A stretch of 64,000 nt of DNA from an uncultured Planctomycetota bacterium. Lineage in GTDB: Bacteria > Planctomycetota > Planctomycetia > Isosphaerales > Isosphaeraceae. Position numbers and translations under genes: made by a program. Within the stretch, counting starts at the first letter, position 1; every line of letters starts with the position of its first letter. The stretch covers positions 320,001-384,000 of the forward strand of contig CAWJTV010000039.1 in NCBI GenBank assembly GCA_963845755.1. The letters are read 5' to 3'. The notes beneath the pieces were generated by a model. It saw only the letters and a program-made list of their open reading frames with translations, made no database searches and was not told the origin of the DNA. This document shows, piece after piece, positions 1 to 8,489 of this stretch.

Positions 1-23
1 GATTCACCTTCGGCGGTGGCGCC

Positions 24-1223
24 TCATGGCCAGGCCCGGCACCGGAGCTTGCGGACGGGCTCACAATCCCATCGGCCGAGCGGTCGGTCAGACAGCCTGT
101 CCCCGGCAATCAGCCCGGCGCAGGCGTCGATGTCGGCGGGGGACATCTGGTACGACGACAGCCGGCCACGAAGCGCATCGAGTGGGCAAGTCCGTCGGCC
201 ACAAGGCGGCCATCACCGGGCTGCGGGCCGCCGGCTTCCGCGATCTCCCCGGCCAGCGCGCCGACCTCGACGGCCCGGAGCAAGAGGGTCAAGGCCGGGG
301 CCCCCTCCAGCGTCGCGGCCAGGTCTTCGCAGAGGGCGTGCAGGTTCACCCCATCCCTTGCGAGCACGCCCCAGGCGATCCTCAGGAGCTTCGCATCGGA
401 AAGCAGAAAAGGATCTCCCTCGCGACGGGCGCTGTGGTCCAACTCGGCCAGGAAGTCTTCCATCTCTCGGCGCGCGGCCGCGACATCGATCGCCTCCCCC
501 TCGGCGAGCCGTGAGGCGAAACGCGCCAGCCGGATCCGCAACATCGCCCCGGCCGCGATGGCCGTGCTCCACGGCAGGCCCTGGGTCCGAAGGACCTGGC
601 GCGGCATGCCGGGCCACCCGGGCCTCCGACCCTGGGATGCAGAGGTACCCGAGCACCAGGAACCCCTCGATATGTTCAGGGTGGAGGAGACCAAAGGGAC
701 GAGACTTGTCCGCGATCAGCTCGACCCCCTTCCGGACTCGTTCGGCCGCCTGTTCGACCTCACCGAGCTGCCGAAGGAACAAGCCCTCGGCGACCTCGAT
801 CTGGGCCGGCAGATCCTCGCACCCCTCTACGATGGTCCAGTTGCGAGCCTCCTGGATCAGTCGGCGGATATACTTGTGGTCGTCGGAGAGGGTCCGTCGC
901 AGCACGGTGATCAGGCCGAATTGAGCCCGCACACCATAGTATTTCGCGTGATTTCCTTTCGGCAGCGCAAGTTCGTAGTAGTCTCGAGCCTTCGCGAAAT
1001 CGCCCATGCCGCGATAGGTCTCGCCCAGCAGGACGGCCGCTTCAATGTGCATTTTCGGGTCCGCATGGTTCAGCGATTGCTGAAGGTAGGGTATGGCATC
1101 CTTGCGATGCCCTTCCTGGAAGAAACGGACACCCATCTCGTGGATCTTCTTCGGTTCTTCGCTGTCCTTGCCCGGGCGATCATCGTCGTTCAGGATGAGG
1201 TCATCGTCGTCGATATAAGCCAT
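24..1223 (-). CDS. Tetratricopeptide-repeat protein (frameshifts near 603 and 165)
   Basis: ATG at 1223 (MAYIDDDD...); TPR-like helices AAVLLGETYRGMGDFAKARDYYELAL and GLFLRQLGEVEQAAERVRKG. Protein-like reading continues in ORF 110..694, then in a third frame to TGA at 24. Confidence 0.6.
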
Positions 1224-1296
1224 GGGATGCTCCATCGGAGCCGCGAAGCCGGCGGCGGCTGACTCGCCATGGTGACGATGGGGTTGCGACCGGGGG

Positions 1297-1680
1297 CTAA
1301 TTCCTCTTGAGGTCGATCGGCCTCCATTGATCGTCGACCTGGACCTGGAGGCGATCGGGGCGGAAGAACCGTCCTTCGCGGGCGGTGACCCCCTCTGCGC
1401 GGACCTTCGAGCCCACATACAACGCGAGGCGCTCCGGTTCCACGACGAGGTAAATGACTTTCCCCTTGGGGGTCAACACACCGAGCGGGAGGTTGGCCTT
1501 CGCGGCGACGAATTCTTCATAGACGCGCCAGTCTCCGCGAGCGCCGGATGTGAACTGGGACCTCAACTCGACGAGTCGGCCTTCGACGCGAGGAAGGCCG
1601 AACCCGAAGGCCCCGACGCCGGCGGTGGCCAGGTAGGCCAGGGAGAGGACAACGAGGGCCGTACCGAGTCTTCGCTTCAT
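1297..1680 (-). CDS. Exported hypothetical protein, paralog of 1680..2147
   Basis: MKRRLGTALVVLSLAYLA signal-like N-terminus; start overlaps the upstream stop. Confidence 0.7.
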   Translation of the reverse strand: MKRRLGTALVVLSLAYLATAGVGAFGFGLPRVEGRLVELRSQFTSGARGDWRVYEEFVAAKANLPLGVLTPKGKVIYLVVEPERLALYVGSKVRAEGVTAREGRFFRPDRLQVQVDDQWRPIDLKRN

Positions 1681-2147
1681 CACTCGTCCCCCCGTAGCGA
1701 CGCCGGCCCGGCCGATCCCGAGAGCGGCAGGTCGAAGACGATCCAACGATCTCCCTCCTGGTATTCCAGTTTCAGGGGTGTCAGGCAACGGCCCTCGTCA
1801 TGGCGCAAGCCGGTCGCTCGAATCCGGATCGGACCCTTCGGCCGGGCACGTCGCAGGCGGGCGAGCAGTCTCCCATCGACCAGGAGCAGGGTGAATTGGT
1901 CGCCCGTGAGGATCCCGCCGGGTAGCCCGTGCACGAGCGCCTCATCGTCTCTCCGGTCCATCCCTGCTTCCTTGACGGCGTCCTGTAACGGATTGAACAG
2001 GGCGGCCGCGCTGCAGAGCCGGCCTTCGACGGTCGCTTGAAGGCCGTCGTCGGTGCCGGCCCCGCCGGAGGCCATGCGGACCAGGCCGAGGACCAGCCCG
2101 GAGAGGAGTAAGAGTCCCAGCAGGGAGGGTGGTGCGTACCTCGTCAT
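1680..2147 (-). CDS. Exported hypothetical protein, paralog of 1297..1680
   Basis: MTRYAPPSLLGLLLLSGLVLG signal-like N-terminus; ATGA overlap with the upstream stop at 2144-2147. Confidence 0.7.
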   Translation of the reverse strand: MTRYAPPSLLGLLLLSGLVLGLVRMASGGAGTDDGLQATVEGRLCSAAALFNPLQDAVKEAGMDRRDDEALVHGLPGGILTGDQFTLLLVDGRLLARLRRARPKGPIRIRATGLRHDEGRCLTPLKLEYQEGDRWIVFDLPLSGSAGPASLRGDE

Positions 2148-4054
2148 GAGTCCTCTTCCCAATCGCGCAGGCCCATCTTCGCCGCAAGCTGAGCGCGATA
2201 GCCCCGGACCGTCTTGCGAAATTCCTGATCGTCGGGGCGGAGCAGCGTCAGGTAGTGGAGGAAACGGAAGTGGGCGTGACAGAAGTCAAGGGTCATCCCC
2301 TTCTGGGGGGCCATCCCGCGCCGGTAATGGACCTCGGCGACCTGTTTAAGGATCTCTCGTGCGATCGGACCGCCCTTCGCATCCTCCTTCGCCAGGATCA
2401 ACAGGTCAACCGAGTAGATGTCCTGTTCCAACCCCTCCCACGTTGCGAAGTCGGGCTCACCGCCTTCGTCGCGAGCGGCGGCGTCAACGACACGACGGCG
2501 GAACTCGTCGAGGATGTTGGCCCGTTCCGCCGAGAGAAGATCCTGCAACTCGCGGTGTCGGGCCGATGCCTCCACGACCCAACTCTGAAGGCTCTTCCAC
2601 CGTTTCGACGCGATCTCACGCAGTTCCTGACCCTTCGCCAGTGAGTAGGTCGAGAGGCGGTGGAGCCCCTGGGCACGAAGTCGGAAGCCATCCGGCAACG
2701 CGCGGGTCAGGTCGAAGAACCGCTTGGCCTGGAAGGAAGCTCCGTCCTTCGGGTCGGATCGCAGCGCCTCCAGGAGTGCGAGCCTCGCCTGCAAGAGCGG
2801 CGAGTCTCGTGCGAGAACCTGGACGTCCCGGAGCCAGGCGAGATGCAAGACCGGCTCGACCCGGTCCTCATCGCTCAATCGTTGACGGAACCGATCTGAT
2901 GGGTAGAGGCCCCGTTGCAAGGCCGGCTCGACCCAGTCCTCATAGATCAATGTCAGGGCCATGTTCGCCTGGGCACTGGTCTTGATCTTATCGCCGATGC
3001 TCTCCGCCGACAGGTTCACCCAACGCTCCCACGCCGCGGCCGACGGCGCCAGATCCTCGCCCAGATTCCGCCAGCTAGCGAGGCCCACCAGGGGGGGGAA
3101 GTCAACCTCGTCCAGCCCTTGGGACAATCGATCCATGAATCGCTTCCAGAGGGGGACATTCTGCTGGAAGACCGCTTGGAGGACCGCGTACGTTTCGACC
3201 AGCGAGGAAGACTCGTCGAGCCCCGGGAAGGCCTGGCGATATTCCTTCCAGTTCTCTTCCATGTCCTTCTGGAGGGGGGCGTAGGGGAGAGTCAACGTGG
3301 CGCGATCCAACTCCGTCGGGACGTCCGTGGCGCGATACCACTTGCTCATCCCGAGCCGGCGGTTCGATTCGACTCGGATGCGGACCGGGAATCCTTCATC
3401 GGCCCTCTCGGCGAAGATCGTCAACTGCCCGATGAAGCTGGAGGATCCCTTGACGTCCGCGAACCCGGGAGGTCGGGTGTACTGCGAGGCGAGTCGTCGG
3501 TACAGGATAGCCTGACTGGTCAGGTTCTCCGGAGCCAACAGCCATGAGAGGCGATGCGATGGCAGTTGATCATAGCCCTTCGATCGCACGACCAGCGGGT
3601 GCTTCTCAAACCCGGCGGTTGGCGAAGAACCGAGGGCGACCTGCACCGCGTACTGGTCATAATCGCGGAGGGCTCTCCCGAGCTGGGGGTCGAGATACGG
3701 CGGAAAATACTCCAACTGGTCCTGGGAGAACGTCTCGCCGACAAGTCCCGAGATGAAGCCCCGATCGCCCGAGATCACCACCGGCCCGCACGGGCCGCGC
3801 TGAGCCCAGGCCGCAATCCGATGAAGCATGCCGGGCGGCAGCTTGATGAACTTCACGTTCTTCGGCTTATCGGCGTCGGAGTAGACGACAACGAGACTCC
3901 CACGGTCGATGGCAAGGTCCTGGACTTTGCGGACGTCGATCGCGGGATCAACCCGGATCACCAGGCCCGCCCCCGCTCGCCACGCAGGAGCAACGACCAG
4001 GAAGAGGGCGATCGCCCAGAAACTCGCGCGTCGGAAGGGAAAGCTTCGTTTCAT
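2144..4054 (-). CDS. Large secreted hypothetical protein (weak DUF1598-like segments)
   Basis: MKRSFPFRRASFWAIALFLVVAPAWRA signal peptide; YFPPYLDPQLGRALRDYD...VALG and MEENWKEYRQAFPGL segments recall DUF1598-type proteins (from memory). Confidence 0.65.
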   Translation of the reverse strand: MKRSFPFRRASFWAIALFLVVAPAWRAGAGLVIRVDPAIDVRKVQDLAIDRGSLVVVYSDADKPKNVKFIKLPPGMLHRIAAWAQRGPCGPVVISGDRGFISGLVGETFSQDQLEYFPPYLDPQLGRALRDYDQYAVQVALGSSPTAGFEKHPLVVRSKGYDQLPSHRLSWLLAPENLTSQAILYRRLASQYTRPPGFADVKGSSSFIGQLTIFAERADEGFPVRIRVESNRRLGMSKWYRATDVPTELDRATLTLPYAPLQKDMEENWKEYRQAFPGLDESSSLVETYAVLQAVFQQNVPLWKRFMDRLSQGLDEVDFPPLVGLASWRNLGEDLAPSAAAWERWVNLSAESIGDKIKTSAQANMALTLIYEDWVEPALQRGLYPSDRFRQRLSDEDRVEPVLHLAWLRDVQVLARDSPLLQARLALLEALRSDPKDGASFQAKRFFDLTRALPDGFRLRAQGLHRLSTYSLAKGQELREIASKRWKSLQSWVVEASARHRELQDLLSAERANILDEFRRRVVDAAARDEGGEPDFATWEGLEQDIYSVDLLILAKEDAKGGPIAREILKQVAEVHYRRGMAPQKGMTLDFCHAHFRFLHYLTLLRPDDQEFRKTVRGYRAQLAAKMGLRDWEEDS

Positions 4055-4297
4055 GGATCTGGTAATAAGGCATGCTTGATTAATGGTCAGCCTTCGACCG
4101 GACCGGCAGTCAACACCGTTCGCCATCCCCGTCGAAGACCGACCCAATCACACGGTCCTTGAACGAAACCTCGGGACATCGCTCGGGCGGGACGGAGCCG
4201 GTTAGCCCCAGACTCGCGAACGGGCTGGAACCGGCTCGTCTTCATTCCTGTTGAACGAACACGCTTCACAAGGTGTCGTCTCAGCTCAAGCGGGTGG

Positions 4298-4858
4298 TCA
4301 GCGCCCCTTCTGGGGCACAAGGCCGCCGTCACGTCGGATGGTAGCAGAACCCATCATCCGCCAGCGACGCGGCGTGAGGAACGGTTCGGTCGAGCCAACT
4401 TCCGGTTTCGCCGTGGCCTTTACACTGGGCTTGTTGCCCTTGCCGGCGGTTCCGACCTGTCCGGCGGTTCCGACCTGTCCCGCGGTTCCGACCTGTCCCG
4501 CGGTCCCGACCTGTCCGGCGGTCCCGCTCCCCGACTTGTCCCGCGGTTCCGACTTGTCCCGCGGTGCCGACTTGTCCGCGGTTCCGACCTGCCCCGCGGT
4601 GCCGACTTGCCCCGCGGTTCCGACTTGCCCGGCGGTGCCGACCTGTCCGGCGGTGCCGACTTGCCCCGCAGTGGCGACCTGTCCGGCGGTCCCGACTTGC
4701 CCTGCGGTTCCGACCTGTCCGGCGGTTCCGACCTGCCCGGCAGTGGCGATCTGTGCTCCGAATGATGCAGTGGTGAGGGTCATAGCGGCCGTCATTGCGA
4801 TGGCGACCGTATGGAATCGTCCGAGATTCAATCCCAACCTGCGGGCTAAATCATCCAT
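4298..4858 (-). CDS. Secreted (TAGQVG)n hexapeptide-repeat protein
   Basis: SD-like AAGGGAG before ATG 4858; hydrophobic signal VAIAMTAAMTLTTASFGA; then TAGQVG repeats; co-oriented with four downstream genes. Confidence 0.65.
   Translation of the reverse strand: MDDLARRLGLNLGRFHTVAIAMTAAMTLTTASFGAQIATAGQVGTAGQVGTAGQVGTAGQVATAGQVGTAGQVGTAGQVGTAGQVGTAGQVGTADKSAPRDKSEPRDKSGSGTAGQVGTAGQVGTAGQVGTAGQVGTAGKGNKPSVKATAKPEVGSTEPFLTPRRWRMMGSATIRRDGGLVPQKGR
4442..4744 (-). repeat. 18-bp coding tandem repeat, about 16 units (TAGQVG)
   Basis: Units such as accgccggacaggtcgga vary almost only at wobble positions; three central units read out of frame between compensating indels. Confidence 0.9.
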
Positions 4859-5624
4859 TGGATCACTCCCTTTCATCGTGACGGTACCATTCTGAACCTG
4901 CACGTGCCTGGAAATGCGCGTTCGATACCCCATGTGGCTGACCAACAGGGTCAAACCGACACTCACAACGACGATCCGACAAGACCACGAAACGGAACAT
5001 CCACCGACATGAAGCCGGTAGGTTCGACTCTTGACTACAAGACCGGCTGATCATCTGCCCCGACCAACCACGGCGGCTTCAGACTTCTCAGCGATCACGC
5101 AGACCAGCGAGGTTGTCGCTTACTCCCGATGCCGCGCCGACTCGTACATGCTCGAAGTGGTCGCCTGAAAAGGCGCGGGGTCTCAGGCAACAGCATCTCA
5201 AAGGTGATTGAAAAGTCTCGGACAGATGACAATCGCCCTCGAATGTTTGCAATCTGTCGCACGAGGAGGCCAGCGAAGCCCCATTCTCTCGGCCGCTTCC
5301 AGAGCAGTCATTTAACAGTATAGCGAGAGCCATCTTGCTTTCAAACGAATTCTGGCGAGACTCACGGATTTTGGGGTGGGCCCAACGTCAAGGCTCCGGT
5401 AACGCGACTGCTCTTGTGTTCAGATATCTCAATTCGACCCTGCTTCTCGAGCCCTAGGCAAGCAAGATCCGCCGTTCTTCATCCTCAAGACCTCTTTCCG
5501 ACTTCAGGTGACATCGGGGTCTCGGCGGCCTATACTCGCGAATAACCGCTTTTGATTCGGTTCGCGGGCTTTGGTATTGTTGCGTTCAGGTGCGGGATGT
5601 GGGAACGAAGCCGATGGCCCGACC

Positions 5625-5947
5625 CTAGTTGAGGATCTTGGTCAGAACATCGTTGGTGATCGCCAAATGTATCGTGTCCCGTCGTCACATCATCTCGACG
5701 CGAACGGGATCGATATGCAGGTTGCCGACCAGGTCCCCCTTTCGGGTCAGGCCACCGCCGAGATCCACTTCCTGTTCGAACCTCTCGAGCAGCCCGCGAT
5801 CGACCACTGCCCTCCCTATGGCTCGGTCTAGCGGCGCTGGCGAGATCGCTGTCGAGGAGACGGCCCTTCCGCTCGATGCGCTCGCCGTCGCTCACCGCGA
5901 CGATCTCTTCCGTCTTCTTCCTTATGGCGCTGCGCGGACGGCTCATA
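5625..5947 (-). pseudogene. Degenerate protein-coding remnant
   Basis: Protein-like fragments across frames (FEQEVDLGGGLTRKGDLVGNLHIDPVRVEMM* and IHLAITNDVLTKILN*) broken by stops and frameshifts. Confidence 0.3.
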
Positions 5948-6203
5948 CGATAACGCATACCTCGCCCAACCGTCATTTCTGCCATGGTAGCACCCCGGTA
6001 TCGGCAATCCACAAAATGCGGCCGATCGCATCTTGACAGGCGCCCGGAATGGCGGTAGATAGTCCTTCGCGGGCCGATCGCATAGATCGTTTCATGAATT
6101 AAAAACGTATTCGGAGAGTCCCGAATACCACGGGATCCTTGGGCCGATCTCGATCGACGAGTTAGGGCGCCGAACACGTGGGTTGCGGACGGCCCCGGAG
6201 TCC

Positions 6204-6429
6204 GTAGGGTGCTCTGTACTACAAACTTCGAGAGTCTTGTACGCCGAGCACGATTTCATAACGTCTCGAGGTACAAGGGGTTGGGTCGGCGGAAGGCATC
6301 GAAGAATTCTTCTCTGTGCCCTCTGTGACTCTGTGGTGAGTCTCTTTCGATTGGTTGGTTGCGGCTCGGCCGCGCGGTGAGCACCGAAGAGGGCGAGCTA
6401 CGGGGATCGCTGCTCACAGAGCACCCGAC
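6204..6429. repeat. GTAG-type REP doublet (GTAGGGTGCTCTGTGAGCACC) interrupted by a nested insertion
   Basis: gtagggtgctctgt at 6204, completing tgagcacc at 6378-6385, inverted copy gctcacagagcacccgac at 6412-6429; intact copies near 27022-27161. Confidence 0.7.
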
Positions 6430-6507
6430 GGCCCGTGTGCAACCCAACCGTGAAGCGATCTAATGTGCTGTAGCAATTTGGCTTCTGCAGATTCGAGGAG
6501 TTGTTCT

Positions 6508-6984
6508 GTGTCAGTCAATACCGCCAAGGTCGACGGTCGTCGCAAGCTCGATTACGCGTCGCTCGAAGAAGTGTTGGCCGACGCGGACCGTCTCAGCTCG
6601 GGCCCGGTGAAGGAACTCGGGAATTGGTCTGCGGGTCAGATTTTCGGGCACCTCGCTCTCGCTTACAACGGATCGATCGACGGATTCACGATGACCTTCC
6701 CCTGGCCCCTTCGCATGATGGCGCGGGTCTTCCAGAAAAAGCTGATCAATGGTGCGATGCCACCAGGCTTCAATCTGCCATCCGAGGGCGCGAAGGCCCT
6801 GGCGCCCGGATCAACGTCCACCGAAGAGGGCCTGGCGGATCTCCACGCGGCCGTCGCGCGCCTGCAACGAGAGTCGCATCGTGCCAGACACCCGATGTTC
6901 GGCGATATCAGCAGGGACCAGTGGAACAAGATCCACCTCAACCACGCGAGTCTCCATATGAGTTTCCTCGTCCCATTGTCTTGA
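6508..6984 (+). CDS. DUF1569 / DinB-superfamily protein
   Basis: GAGGAG then GTG 6508; GNWSAGQIFGHLA and HPMFGDISRDQWNKIHLNHASLHMSFL motifs. Confidence 0.8.
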   Translation: MSVNTAKVDGRRKLDYASLEEVLADADRLSSGPVKELGNWSAGQIFGHLALAYNGSIDGFTMTFPWPLRMMARVFQKKLINGAMPPGFNLPSEGAKALAPGSTSTEEGLADLHAAVARLQRESHRARHPMFGDISRDQWNKIHLNHASLHMSFLVPLS

Positions 6985-7121
6985 GCGACGACGAATGTGA
7001 TATTATATCACTTATGCTGATCGGCAATACGATCGTCGGTCTGGTGACGATCGGCACGCCCGGACCCGGCTACTGACGATATCGCCGCGGGCCCAGAAGC
7101 GGACGCTCACACGTACGCGGA

Positions 7122-8273
7122 TCAATAAACAACCCGCCGCTCCGGCACCGCGCACCCCCAAAGCGCATAGGGATCCGACATCTCATTGATCCCCTCCCCA
7201 TACGGCGAATAGGCCGGCGCGAGGTGCACCACCGCGCACGCTCCCAGTTCCGTCGCATAGAGCCCATTGCGCGTCGGCAGGACCCGGTGCGACATGCTGT
7301 TCTGCGACGGGAACGCGATCGTCTGCTGCGTCTCGATCTTGTCGTACGCGACGCTCAGGCCGACGTCGAACACCGCGTTCAGCGCCATCATCGACGCCAT
7401 CGACGAGCCGAGCAGGAAAATGCGCGCCGGCGCCCCGGGCGACGGGGCGTCCGGCCCGAACCCGAGGTGGATCAATGATGCCCCCATCGCCGCGCCGCGG
7501 TTGATCTGGAACCACTGGATCTGTGCCTTGTCCGTGATCCGCCCGAATCGCCCCTGGCCGCCATGGGAGTCGCCGAGCAGCACGAACCAGACGTTGCCGT
7601 CGGGACCGGGGATCATCCCCACGGGCGTCGAGCCCATCTCGGAGGGCACGGGGATCGTCTTGGTCTTGTCGGGCGAGTCCTCGGGTTCCGAGCGGACGAC
7701 GCGGAAGATCGCGCTCGATTGATCGAGCGTCGCGTACACGTCGCGGCTCTCGGGATGCACGGCGACGAAGATGGGCCGCGGTCCGCACGGGAAGATCGAA
7801 CAATCCGAGGGGCGATCCGGGTTGATTCGCACCACGTGATGGCTGTCCTTGCACGAGGTCCAGAGATCGTCGCCGTCCTCGATGACCACGTGCGGCCCCT
7901 TCGCCGGCGTCGGGAGCGGCACGCGCCGAACCACCTGCGGCGATTCGTCCGGATTCGTGCCCCGCGGATCGATCAGCACCAGCTCCGAGACGAACTGGAG
8001 CGTCGCCCACACGAATCCCTTGTGGCGCTGCGATACGTAGAGTCCGTGCAGGCCCGCGAACGCATCGTCGATCGTGTGTTTCACGGCCGCGATCGGCCGC
8101 CCCGTCGAGGGATCCACTTGCATCTTCACCAGAGCGCTGCCGGGTTGCTGCGAGACCAGGAGCAGCCCGTCGAACGGCGCCACGATCTCGTGCGTCTGTT
8201 CGTCGGCGGGGAGAGGATACTCCGTGGCAGTCTTCAGCGCAATGCGCCCGCCGTGCGAGGACAACGTGGACAT
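7122..8273 (-). CDS. Vgb-like (streptogramin lyase-fold) beta-propeller protein
   Basis: Blade motifs TPVGMIPGPDGNVWFV, GLHGLYVS, KGPHVVIEDGDDLWTS; ATG 8273 after AGGAG. Confidence 0.6.
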   Translation of the reverse strand: MSTLSSHGGRIALKTATEYPLPADEQTHEIVAPFDGLLLVSQQPGSALVKMQVDPSTGRPIAAVKHTIDDAFAGLHGLYVSQRHKGFVWATLQFVSELVLIDPRGTNPDESPQVVRRVPLPTPAKGPHVVIEDGDDLWTSCKDSHHVVRINPDRPSDCSIFPCGPRPIFVAVHPESRDVYATLDQSSAIFRVVRSEPEDSPDKTKTIPVPSEMGSTPVGMIPGPDGNVWFVLLGDSHGGQGRFGRITDKAQIQWFQINRGAAMGASLIHLGFGPDAPSPGAPARIFLLGSSMASMMALNAVFDVGLSVAYDKIETQQTIAFPSQNSMSHRVLPTRNGLYATELGACAVVHLAPAYSPYGEGINEMSDPYALWGCAVPERRVVY

Positions 8274-8489
8274 GGGCCGCTCCTGCTTGGCGACGGTTTT
8301 GGGACTCGTCCGCGCAACGCGCAGTCCGGCCATGATCTCGCCCGCGCGGTCGCTCCGCAAGAGGGCCTTGTGCCGGCTATCGCACCCGAATTCCAGGCGG
8401 AATGACATGACGATTGACTTGGCCTCGACGAGTTCGGAAGATAGTGAGACTAGGGAATCTGGGGCATGTTGCGGGGTCAAAGGTGGCTC

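Noticed and set aside
4251..4895. Plus-strand Cys-rich (PAVPTC)n metal-binding protein
   Set aside because: This antisense frame shares wobble positions with TAGQVG, so codon variation cannot decide. The minus frame has an SD, a signal peptide and operon context, so it is preferred; the plus frame is not strictly excluded.
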